Assembly: GCA_903848885.1 (NCBI GenBank)
Contig: CAINHL010000023.1
Coordinates: 1-54,786 of the forward strand
Source: an uncultured Actinomycetes bacterium
Lineage (GTDB): Bacteria; Actinomycetota; Acidimicrobiia; Acidimicrobiales; RAAP-2
Length of the DNA: 54,786 nucleotides
Direction: 5' to 3'
Part shown: positions 12,682-21,594 of the stretch, one piece after another
Layout: the number at the start of each line of letters is the position of its first letter
How positions within the stretch are numbered: the stretch's first letter is position 1
Made by a program: the position numbers and the translations under genes
The notes under the pieces: model-generated
The model's input: only the letters and a program-made list of their open reading frames with translations
What the model was told of the DNA's origin: nothing
Database searches by the model: none

Positions 12682-12719
12682 CTCGCCAGTCTGCCACAGG
12701 AAGCACCCACGACACAAAA

Positions 12720-14399
12720 CTACGCCGAGGTGACGGCGCCCTTCTGAGCCCCTTGGGTCAGACGGGCAAACTTTTCCAAGACGCCAGTGCGATAACGCGG
12801 CACGAAGCTGGGCACCACAATGCTGCGTTGGGCGAGCTCGGTCTCTTCCACCATCAGGTCAATGCGGTGCTGGGCGACGTCAATCACGATGCGGTCACCA
12901 TCACGCACCAGGGCGATGGGGCCGCCATCGAGTGCTTCCGGGGCCACGTGACCCACGCAGAATCCGTGGGTGCCACCGGAAAAACGACCATCGGTAATGA
13001 GCGCACAGTCGCCGCCACGGCCGGCGCCTTTCATGGCGCCGGTCACGGCCAGCATTTCGCGCATGCCGGGTCCACCCTTGGGTCCTTCGTAACGAATGAC
13101 TACCACGGTGTTCGGTTCGATCTCACCCGCGAGAATGGCCGTCATGGCGTCGTCTTCACCTTCAAAAACGCGCGCGGTGCCGTCGAAGTAGTCAGTGTCG
13201 ATTCCCGCCACCTTCACGACCGCGCCCAGAGGCGCCAAGGAGCCCTTCAAAATTGCGATGCCGCCCGTGGCGTTAATCGGATTGCTCAGTTCGTGGAAGA
13301 CGTCGCCGTCGGGATCGGCGGCGTCGAAGTCGGCCAAATTCTCGGCCATTGTCCTGCCGGTAATTGTCATTACGTCACCGTGCAGCAAGCCCGCCTCGAG
13401 GAGCTGACGCAACACCACCGGAACGCCACCCACGCGGTCGATGTCGGTCATGTGATATTTGCCGTGCGGCTTGGTGTCGGCCAGGTGAGGGACCTTGGCG
13501 GCGATGCGATTGAAGTCGTCGAGTTCCAAAGCTACGCGGGCTTCGTGTGCGATCGCCAGGAGGTGCAAGACGGCGTTGGTGGAACCACCCAAGGCCATCA
13601 CCACCGCGATGGCGTTTTCGAAAGCCTCTTTGGTCAAAATCTGACGGGCCGTGATACCCAAGCGCAACAAATTCAATACGGCGAGACCCGAGTCGTAGGC
13701 GAGCTGTTCGCGTCGAGGATCGATGGCCGGAATGCTGGCGCTGCCTAAGAGCGACATGCCCAGAGCCTCACCCACCGAGGCCATGGTGTTGGCGGTAAAC
13801 ATTCCCGCGCAACTACCTTCACCGGGACAGGCACGGAGTTCAATCAAGGATAATTCTTCGTCAGTCAACGCACCCACCGCGTTGGCACCCACGGCTTCGA
13901 ACACGGAAGTGATGTCCAGCGCGCGGCCGTCAGACTCGCCCGGAAGAATGGTGCCGCCGTACAAAAACACCGCGGGAACGTCCAAACGTGCCGCGGCCAT
14001 CAACATGCCCGGCAGGGACTTGTCGCATCCGGCGAAGGTGACCAGAGCGTCGAAGCGTTCGGCGTGCATGACTGTTTCCACGGAGTCGACAATGACTTCC
14101 CGTGAGACGAGTGACGCGCGCATACCTTCGTGGCCCATGGAAATTCCGTCCGAGACGGCAATGGTGACGAATTCGAAAGGAATACCGCCCCCGTCACGCA
14201 CCGCTGCCTTGGCGCGTTGGGCCAAGCGATCGAGTGGCAAATTGCAGGGCGTCACTTCGTTCCACGACGAGGCCACGCCGATTTGGGGCTTCGCCATATC
14301 TTCCGTGGACATACCCATGGCGCGCAACATGGCGCGGGCCGGAGCACGATTCTTCCCCTGGGTTACTTCAAAGGAACGAGGGGTGGGGTAATCGACCAT
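12720..14399 (-). CDS. ilvD: Dihydroxy-acid dehydratase
   Basis: [40 protein letters not shown]. Confidence 0.97.
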   Translation of the reverse strand: MVDYPTPRSFEVTQGKNRAPARAMLRAMGMSTEDMAKPQIGVASSWNEVTPCNLPLDRLAQRAKAAVRDGGGIPFEFVTIAVSDGISMGHEGMRASLVSREVIVDSVETVMHAERFDALVTFAGCDKSLPGMLMAAARLDVPAVFLYGGTILPGESDGRALDITSVFEAVGANAVGALTDEELSLIELRACPGEGSCAGMFTANTMASVGEALGMSLLGSASIPAIDPRREQLAYDSGLAVLNLLRLGITARQILTKEAFENAIAVVMALGGSTNAVLHLLAIAHEARVALELDDFNRIAAKVPHLADTKPHGKYHMTDIDRVGGVPVVLRQLLEAGLLHGDVMTITGRTMAENLADFDAADPDGDVFHELSNPINATGGIAILKGSLAPLGAVVKVAGIDTDYFDGTARVFEGEDDAMTAILAGEIEPNTVVVIRYEGPKGGPGMREMLAVTGAMKGAGRGGDCALITDGRFSGGTHGFCVGHVAPEALDGGPIALVRDGDRIVIDVAQHRIDLMVEETELAQRSIVVPSFVPRYRTGVLEKFARLTQGAQKGAVTSA

Positions 14400-14422
14400 G
14401 TTCTCAGTCTAGGAAAAGGGCT

Positions 14423-15850
14423 TTATCGACGAGCGTTCAGCTCGGCGATAACCGCCTTGCCGTTGGCTTGACCTTTGGTGGCTTTCATTACCTGACCGAT
14501 GAAAAACTGCGCTAATTTCTCGTCACCCTCGCGGAAACGATGCCACTCATCGGGGTGCGCCTCCACCAAGCTGGCCACGAGATCGCTCAGGGTGTCCGAC
14601 GCCAATTGTTCGAAGCCGCGCGCGGCGGCAATAGCGACCGGGTCTCCCCCGGTCGCAAGAACTTCGGCCAATACCGTCTTCGCCTGCGTGGCCGACAGAC
14701 TGCCGCTGGCCTCGAGCTGCAAGGTGGTCACGAAGGAATCCAGCGACAAATTGGCGAGCGAGTCAATGCCGGCGGCTATTTCGTTGGACGTGCGCGCAAT
14801 CGCCAAGGCCGCGTCGGCTCCCTGGGCCACCGCGTCGAGAACGAAGCGATCGAGCTGCAAATCCACAATCACGCCCACGGCGTCACGCTGAGCGGAGGTG
14901 GGCTCGCTCACGATGGTCAAGAGCGTGGCGCGACGTTCGGCGGGCATCGGGGGCAGAGCCGCGCGCACGCGATCTTGCCATTCGATGCTCGGAGAGAGTT
15001 CCACCAAGTCGGGTTCGAGGAAGTAGCGATAGTCGTCAGCTTCCTCCTTGGTCCGCATGGTTGAGGTTTCACCCAAGTCTTCGCTCCAGTGGCGGGTTTC
15101 TTGACGAATTTTCCCGCCGTCTTCGAGGATGGCCACGTGTCGCGCGGCTTCGTAGTCAATGGCACGCTGCAAGGAGCGCAAGGAATTCAAGTTCTTGATT
15201 TCGCAGCGTGTCCCCAATGGCGCACCGGGTCGACGTACCGACACGTTGGCGTCGAAACGCATGGAGCCTTCTTCGAGGCGTCCGTCCGACGCACCGGTGG
15301 CGATCAAGATGCCGCGCAGCTCCGCGGCGTAGGCGCGGGCTTGGGCAGCCGAACGCATGTCGGGGCCCGAGACGATTTCTACCAAGGGCACACCCGAACG
15401 GTTGTAGTCCACCAGCGAGCGATCGGCTCCGTGAATACGTCCCGAACCACCGAGATGGGTGGACTTACCCGTGTCTTCTTCGAGGTGTGCTCGTTCAATG
15501 GTGACCCGGCTGCCGTCGGGTAGGTCGAGGTAACCATTCGAGTTAATGGGAAGGTCGTACTGCGAGATTTGGTAGTCCTTGGGCATATCCGGGTAGAAGT
15601 AATTCTTCCGGTGAAAGGTCGACGGCGCGACCGAGCAGTGCAGCGCGAAACCGATAGCCATCGCGAGTTCGACCGCCTGCTCGTTCAGCACGGGAAGTGA
15701 TCCCGGCAAGCCGAGACACACCGGGCAGACCTGCGAGTTGGCGTCGGCACCAAAGGCGTTGGCGCAACCACAGAACAACTTGGTCTTCGTTTGTAGTTCG
15801 GTGTGGACTTCGAGTCCAATCACCATCTCCCAGCCGTCGGGCAAACTCAT
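14423..15850 (-). CDS. gatB: Asp/Glu-tRNA amidotransferase subunit B
   Basis: IGLEVH, RKNYFYPD, HLEEDTGK, EIKNLNS. Confidence 0.97.
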   Translation of the reverse strand: MSLPDGWEMVIGLEVHTELQTKTKLFCGCANAFGADANSQVCPVCLGLPGSLPVLNEQAVELAMAIGFALHCSVAPSTFHRKNYFYPDMPKDYQISQYDLPINSNGYLDLPDGSRVTIERAHLEEDTGKSTHLGGSGRIHGADRSLVDYNRSGVPLVEIVSGPDMRSAAQARAYAAELRGILIATGASDGRLEEGSMRFDANVSVRRPGAPLGTRCEIKNLNSLRSLQRAIDYEAARHVAILEDGGKIRQETRHWSEDLGETSTMRTKEEADDYRYFLEPDLVELSPSIEWQDRVRAALPPMPAERRATLLTIVSEPTSAQRDAVGVIVDLQLDRFVLDAVAQGADAALAIARTSNEIAAGIDSLANLSLDSFVTTLQLEASGSLSATQAKTVLAEVLATGGDPVAIAAARGFEQLASDTLSDLVASLVEAHPDEWHRFREGDEKLAQFFIGQVMKATKGQANGKAVIAELNARR

Positions 15851-17265
15851 CGTGCACGCTCCGCGTCTTCGAGAACTTGCGCGGCGGCGAGTAGTCCGGC
15901 TTCGCTACGACCCGGTCCGAGAAGTTGCACGCCAATGGGAAGATTCGCTTCGCCGCGACCAAAAGGCACCGACACCGCGGGGTCACCGGCCAAGTTTGAC
16001 GGAATGGTGAAGACGTCGTTCAAATACATGGCCATGGGATCTTTGGTCTTGGAGCCAAAGGGGAACGCCACCGAGGGCGTGGTGGCACCAATGAGGAAGT
16101 CCACGTCGGCGTAGGCCTTCTGAAAGGCGTTGATCGTCAAGGTGCGTACCTTGAGAGCCTGGCCGTAATAGGCGTCGAAATACCCCGCGGAGAGAGCGTA
16201 GGTACCGAGCATGATGCGTCGCTTCACTTCGGCACCGAAGCCTGCCGTGCGCGTGGCTTCGTTCATGCCCGCCACGTCATCGCCGTCTACACGCAGACCG
16301 AAGCGAACGCCGTCGTAACGCGCGAGGTTGGATGACGCTTCGGCCGGAGCAATCAAGTAGTAGGCGGAGAGCCCCAACTGCAATTCGGGAATCGACATTT
16401 CGACGATGGTGGCGCCCTGCGCTCGCAGCACTTCCACCGCCGCGGCCACGGCGGCGGCCACATCAGGGTCTGATCCGTCGACGAGCTCTTTGACGTAACC
16501 CACGCGCCGACCGGCCACTCCATCTTTCAGGTGCGCCACGAGCGAGGGGCTGGTCTCGGGTAAGGAGGTGGAGTCCATGCGGTCGTGTCCGGCAATGACT
16601 TCCAAGGTGAGAGCGGCGTCCGCGACGTTGGCGGCGAATGGCCCCACTTGGTCAAGGGAGGACGCGAAGGCAATCACGCCGTAGCGCGAGACCAGACCGT
16701 AGGTGGGCTTGATACCCACCACGCCGCACAGGGCGGCCGGCTGGCGAATAGATCCACCCGTGTCGGATCCCAGCGAAATAGGCGTCATGCCGGCGGCGAT
16801 GGCCGCGGCCGAGCCACCGGACGATCCGCCGGGAACCCGACGGGGGTCCAGAGGATTCAGAGTCGGGCCAAAGGCGGAGTTTTCAGTGGATGAGCCCATG
16901 GCGAATTCATCCAGGTTCGTCTTGCCCATGGGGATGGCTCCGGCGGCCAGCAGTCGTTCCACCACGGTGGCCGTATACGGCGGGCGCCAGCCTTCAAGAA
17001 TCTTCGACGAGCAGGTGGTGGGAATTCCCTCGGTGCACAGGTTGTCCTTGAGCGCTACCGGCACACCGGCGAGGGGAAGCTTTTCGCCCCGCGCAATGCG
17101 CTCGTCAACCTGGTGGGCCGCGGCGCGCGCGCCTTCTTCGTCGACGTACAGAAAAACGTTGAGCTCGGCGTTGCGCTGAGAAATAGCGGCCAGTGATGTT
17201 TCGACTTCGGTCGTCGCCGACGATCCCGCCGCGACGCGCGCGGCGATGTCGTGAGCACTCGTCAC
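15847..17265 (-). CDS. gatA: Asp/Glu-tRNA amidotransferase subunit A
   Basis: KDN, GGSSGGS, GSDTGGSIRQP amidase signature; RRIMLGT. Confidence 0.97.
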   Translation of the reverse strand: MTSAHDIAARVAAGSSATTEVETSLAAISQRNAELNVFLYVDEEGARAAAHQVDERIARGEKLPLAGVPVALKDNLCTEGIPTTCSSKILEGWRPPYTATVVERLLAAGAIPMGKTNLDEFAMGSSTENSAFGPTLNPLDPRRVPGGSSGGSAAAIAAGMTPISLGSDTGGSIRQPAALCGVVGIKPTYGLVSRYGVIAFASSLDQVGPFAANVADAALTLEVIAGHDRMDSTSLPETSPSLVAHLKDGVAGRRVGYVKELVDGSDPDVAAAVAAAVEVLRAQGATIVEMSIPELQLGLSAYYLIAPAEASSNLARYDGVRFGLRVDGDDVAGMNEATRTAGFGAEVKRRIMLGTYALSAGYFDAYYGQALKVRTLTINAFQKAYADVDFLIGATTPSVAFPFGSKTKDPMAMYLNDVFTIPSNLAGDPAVSVPFGRGEANLPIGVQLLGPGRSEAGLLAAAQVLEDAERAR

Positions 17266-17564
17266 GGCGCCTCCCCCACGATGCGCGGAACGGCGAAGCG
17301 GAAGTCCTGAACGTCCGGAGCTTGCGACAAGAACGCGTCTCGATTCAAACTGGGCGTCACCACGTCGGGGCGAACGATATTGATCAAACCAAATGGATGC
17401 GCGGTGGCGGCCACTCCCGTGAGGTCCAAGGCGGCCATGTCGTCCGCGTGACCGAGAATCTTGGAGAGCTGTTCGGTGAACAGGTCGAGTTCCTCATCGC
17501 TCAAGCGCAGTCGCGCTAACGCGGCTACCTTGGCCACGTCCTCTCGGGTCAAACGTGAACTCAT
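17262..17564 (-). CDS. gatC: Asp/Glu-tRNA amidotransferase subunit C
   Basis: LTREDVAKVAALARL...FAVPRIV; directly upstream of gatA. Confidence 0.95.
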   Translation of the reverse strand: MSSRLTREDVAKVAALARLRLSDEELDLFTEQLSKILGHADDMAALDLTGVAATAHPFGLINIVRPDVVTPSLNRDAFLSQAPDVQDFRFAVPRIVGEAP

Positions 17565-18316
17565 GCGTCCAGCGTACGGGTCAAAAAGGCAATGGTGGTC
17601 GCCTCGAGAAAGGCAGCGTCGTTATCCAACGTGGCGACGTGGTAACTGTTCTCCAGCCACACCCGCTCGATGGGGGCCGCCACGGAGCTCATCAGAAGGT
17701 CTCCGTTTATCGGGTCCGTCACCACGTGGTCCTCACGACTAGTGAACAACAAGGTCGGAGCGTTCAGCGAGTTGAGATGAGCGTAGACGTCGTCGAGGCC
17801 GTTCATCAGGGACAGGGCGCAGGCCAGGGGCGTGGCGTCGTAGGAGGCTTCCTTGGGTCCCTCTTTTTTAATGTCGGAGCCAATGGAGACGTCAACCAGG
17901 ACACCCGCGTCGATAAAGAGTTGAATCGCCGCGCGATCTTCGTCGGGAGCCGGCTTCACGATGGGATTTATAAACACCAGGGCGTCGACATCGTGACGCT
18001 GACCTACGTAGGCCGTTAAGGCTCCACCCATGGACAGACCCACGATCGCCACTTTTTCGCAACGACCCGCGAGGGATTCGTAGGCGGCTTCGGCGGCGCT
18101 GGACCAGTCGGCCCAGGTGGTGGTCATCATGTCCTCGACGGTGGTGCCGTGTCCGGGGAGTCGGGGAAGTTCCACGGTAAAACCGGCATTCGCCAAGGCC
18201 TCGGCCAAGGGGCGCATGGACTGGGGATTACCGGTGAAGCCGTGCAGGACCAAGACGCCGTGAGAGGAGCCGGTTGACGAAAAGGATTCACAGCCCGGCA
18301 TGATGGAAGTAGTCAT
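17561..18316 (-). CDS. Carboxylesterase / monoacylglycerol-lipase-like alpha/beta hydrolase
   Basis: LHGFTG oxyanion motif, GLSMGG nucleophile elbow, EDHVV, SYHVATLD. Confidence 0.9.
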   Translation of the reverse strand: MTTSIMPGCESFSSTGSSHGVLVLHGFTGNPQSMRPLAEALANAGFTVELPRLPGHGTTVEDMMTTTWADWSSAAEAAYESLAGRCEKVAIVGLSMGGALTAYVGQRHDVDALVFINPIVKPAPDEDRAAIQLFIDAGVLVDVSIGSDIKKEGPKEASYDATPLACALSLMNGLDDVYAHLNSLNAPTLLFTSREDHVVTDPINGDLLMSSVAAPIERVWLENSYHVATLDNDAAFLEATTIAFLTRTLDA

Positions 18317-18372
18317 GAGATTAGAGATTACCGTTAGTCAGGAGCAGTAACGAAAGAGGAAGCGGTCAGCGC

Positions 18373-18777
18373 GTGAGCCACCAGTTTTTAAGCCCCGAGT
18401 GGGTGGCGGCAGCCACCGAACTACGTGCCGAAGTCGGCGACCTCGGACCCGCCCCCGTGGCGGTGGTGATGAACCTCACCATTACCGACGTTCCCTTTGG
18501 CGACTCCCCCACGGTGCAGGCGCACCTCAATACCGCGAACGGCCCCGTGGCCCTGGACTACGGTCACCTCCCATCACCCTCACTGAGCGTGACCATTGAT
18601 TGGCTCACGGCCAAGGCCTTGCTGATTGAAGGAAACCCGCAGGCCGCCATGAGCGCCTTCATGAACGGCAAGATCAAAGTCGAAGGAGATATGTCGGCCC
18701 TGCTGGCACTCCAGAACGCTCCCCCGACTCCGGAGGCGCGCGCGGTGATGGAGCGCCTGCGCGCTATGACCGCTTAG
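18373..18777 (+). CDS. SCP2 sterol/lipid-binding domain protein
   Basis: FLSPEW N-terminus and AMSAFMNGKIKVEGDM motif. Confidence 0.85.
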   Translation: MSHQFLSPEWVAAATELRAEVGDLGPAPVAVVMNLTITDVPFGDSPTVQAHLNTANGPVALDYGHLPSPSLSVTIDWLTAKALLIEGNPQAAMSAFMNGKIKVEGDMSALLALQNAPPTPEARAVMERLRAMTA

Positions 18778-20371
18778 CTTTTTCGCGCGGTACTGAGGTA
18801 ACGAAAAACGACATCAACACGCCGACGGCACCGACGCAGGCCCCGATGAAGAAGGGCAAGCGGAAGGTGGCGAGCAGCTCCGCTCCGGCGTGGGCATTTT
18901 CGAGATGTCGCGAACGCACCAAGGACTGCTGCACCGTTTCGAGAATTTGGATTCCGGCCACTTCGCCTACTTGCATGGCCAGCATGGACGCCGCCGACAT
19001 CACGCCGAATTCGGTGGAGTCCACCTCGTTGGCCATGATGGCGCCGGATGCGGGGCCGTTCACTCCCATGCCAAAGCCCGACAAGGCCAAGGCCACCACC
19101 ACAATCCACACACTGGTGCTGGGCTGGAGCAAAGAAAAGAGGGCCAGCGAGAGGGTTAATGACAATGCGCCGGCCAGAACACTGATGCGTTCACCGATAC
19201 GAATCGCGACGTATCCGGCAATGGGGGAACAGAGGGCGAAGGTGATGGGGCGCGCAATGGCAACCGCTCCCACCCGCGGGATGGAATAGCCGTAACCCTG
19301 TTCCATGAGCAAGGGGAACATGAAGAAGGCACCGAAGTAGGCGAAGTTAGCGGCCGCGCGAATACCAATGGGCATGACGAAGTTACGTCGACGGAAGTAC
19401 TTTGCCGGAATGAGTGGGTTCGCGGCGTGGCGCACGCGATGAACGAAAACAAAGGCGGAGATCAGCATCACCAGCCAGCACAGGTTGACCGCGAGACTGG
19501 TCCAGCCCCAGGAATTGCCCAGTGAGAGGCCCAACATGAGCGAGGTCACCCCGGCGGACAAGGACCACGAGCCGATCCAGTCCATGGTGCGAAAATCGTT
19601 ACGGGCCTTGACTTTGCGCGCCGCCAGTTCGGCAGGGGTGCCGCGGTCACGGGGCAAGACCACGCTCACCACGGCGAAGGCCACCGCAATGAGAATCAGT
19701 TGGAACCAGAACAGTGCCCGCCACCCGAAGGCCGCGATGATGGGTGAGCCAATAGATACGCCCAAGACCGGTCCACCGGCACCGACGAGCGACCACCACC
19801 CCATAGCCTTCACGCGCTCGTCGGGGCGAAAGACCAAGTTCACCAAAGCCGCCGACGCCGTTCCGGTGGCGGCCCCTTGAATTCCGTCCAAGGTGCGTGC
19901 GCCGAGCAGCAAGATCACGTTGGGAGCGAGCGCCGTCAACACGGCCGAGACCATCGCACCGGCCAGACCGAAGAGATACATCCGACGGTGTCCAATGATG
20001 TCGCCTACCTTGCCGAGAATCGGCGCGGCCAAACCGTAGGCCAATAGAGGCCCAATCATGGTCCAGGTCAACACCGTCGGCTCCGTGTGAAACTCGTGGG
20101 CCACGTTGGGCAGGTCCACGATAAAAACCGTGAACGTGAAGTTCAGCGCCAAGAGACCGGCCAGCAAGGACCACAGAACCCACCAGGGGTAGCGCGACGA
20201 CCCCACCGCGCGCTGTTGCACGCGCGAGGTGATCATCTGCATCCAGTTCAGCTCACTGGAGGCTTCCCCACCCAAGACGCCAAAGGCGGCCGCGCCGGGG
20301 TCCATGCGTGACGATAAAAGTCCGTCCGGGTCATCTCGCCGGAGACGCTGAGGGGGCGTCTCGTCACTCAC
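18764..20371 (-). CDS. MFS transporter (DHA2-like)
   Basis: GKVGDIIGHRR motif A; many TM segments; ANPLIP loop. Confidence 0.88.
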   Translation of the reverse strand: MSDETPPQRLRRDDPDGLLSSRMDPGAAAFGVLGGEASSELNWMQMITSRVQQRAVGSSRYPWWVLWSLLAGLLALNFTFTVFIVDLPNVAHEFHTEPTVLTWTMIGPLLAYGLAAPILGKVGDIIGHRRMYLFGLAGAMVSAVLTALAPNVILLLGARTLDGIQGAATGTASAALVNLVFRPDERVKAMGWWSLVGAGGPVLGVSIGSPIIAAFGWRALFWFQLILIAVAFAVVSVVLPRDRGTPAELAARKVKARNDFRTMDWIGSWSLSAGVTSLMLGLSLGNSWGWTSLAVNLCWLVMLISAFVFVHRVRHAANPLIPAKYFRRRNFVMPIGIRAAANFAYFGAFFMFPLLMEQGYGYSIPRVGAVAIARPITFALCSPIAGYVAIRIGERISVLAGALSLTLSLALFSLLQPSTSVWIVVVALALSGFGMGVNGPASGAIMANEVDSTEFGVMSAASMLAMQVGEVAGIQILETVQQSLVRSRHLENAHAGAELLATFRLPFFIGACVGAVGVLMSFFVTSVPREKAKRS

Positions 20372-21246
20372 GCGAGCAGAGTGGGGAGCTTCTCCGTCAG
20401 TTCAGCTACGGTCCAACGATCGTTCTTGTCCAGCGTCTCTTTCATGGTCCAGTTCTGGAAGCGGCTCACGCGACCACCCTGCACGAAGAAGACCTCACCG
20501 GTGATCTCACAGGTGGGCGCAGCCAAGGCGACCACCAGCGGTGAAATGTTGGCCGGGTCCCAGGCGTCAAAGACCGCGGCGTCGCCCGGCTTCTGGACGA
20601 TGTCCGACAGACCAGGAGTCGACTCGGTCATACGGGTACGCGCGGCCGGGGCGATGGCGTTGGCGCGCACGCCGTAACGCTTGAGTTCCTCCGCGATGAT
20701 GACGGTGAACGAAGCGATACCCGACTTCGCGGCACCGTAGTTCGACTGACCAACGTTGCCCAACAGACCCGAGGTCGACGAGGTGTTGATGATGGCCGCG
20801 TTCACGGGCTTACCGGCCTTGGCCTGCTCGCGCCAGTAGGCGGCGGCGTGACGAGTAGGCACGAAGTGGCCCTTGAGGTGAACGTTGATAACGGCGTCCC
20901 AGTCGTCCTCACTCAAGTTGACTAACACGCGGTCACGAAGGATTCCGGCGTTGTTCACCAATACGTGAAGGTCGCCGAAGGCGTCGATGGCGGCATCGAT
21001 GAGGCGCTTGCCACCTTCCCAGTCGGCGATGTTGTCGTGGTTAGCGACTGCTTCGCCGCCCATGGCGCGAATCTCAGCGACAACCTGCTCTGCCGGTGTT
21101 CCTTCGGCGCTCGATCCATCTAGGCCACCACCGAGGTCGTTGACCACAACTTTGGCGCCTTCCGCGGCGAAGAGAAGTGCGTGTTCGCGACCAATTCCGC
21201 GACCCGCTCCGGTAATGATGACTACGCGACCGTCTAGCTGACCCAT
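20368..21246 (-). CDS. Short-chain dehydrogenase/reductase
   Basis: TGAGRGIG, NNAGILRD, YGAAK. Confidence 0.93.
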   Translation of the reverse strand: MGQLDGRVVIITGAGRGIGREHALLFAAEGAKVVVNDLGGGLDGSSAEGTPAEQVVAEIRAMGGEAVANHDNIADWEGGKRLIDAAIDAFGDLHVLVNNAGILRDRVLVNLSEDDWDAVINVHLKGHFVPTRHAAAYWREQAKAGKPVNAAIINTSSTSGLLGNVGQSNYGAAKSGIASFTVIIAEELKRYGVRANAIAPAARTRMTESTPGLSDIVQKPGDAAVFDAWDPANISPLVVALAAPTCEITGEVFFVQGGRVSRFQNWTMKETLDKNDRWTVAELTEKLPTLLA

Positions 21247-21306
21247 GATGCTCCTTTAGCAACGAGATAACTCGGTCAGCCTACTAACTCGGGCTCGAGG
21301 ACTGCC

Positions 21307-21591
21307 CTATCGCATCCAGAACATGGGGGGTCGTGCGTGGGCGTGGTAATGGTCGGGGATATTGCGCATATGGTCATCGAGTTTCCATCCGCCTTCGCCC
21401 AAAATCGGGTCGGCCACGCGGGCTAAGTGCTGGTGGAGGAGGGCTTTGACCTCGGCGGGTGGCACGGGGTCGTGCATTTTCCACACCACCATGGGCACTA
21501 AACAAATCTCACAATCGGCGATCCAACACAGATCATCTTCGTAGTGTCGCGGCGTCAACAGCGCCGCCTCGCAGAGATCGCAATCGGCCAT
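21307..21591 (-). CDS. Small HIT-like Cys/His protein of unknown function
   Basis: CDLC, CEIC and IPDHYHAHAR (HxHxH); fills the gap between the kinase-like gene and the SDR gene. Confidence 0.75.
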   Translation of the reverse strand: MADCDLCEAALLTPRHYEDDLCWIADCEICLVPMVVWKMHDPVPPAEVKALLHQHLARVADPILGEGGWKLDDHMRNIPDHYHAHARPPMFWMR

Positions 21592-21594
21592 GAA

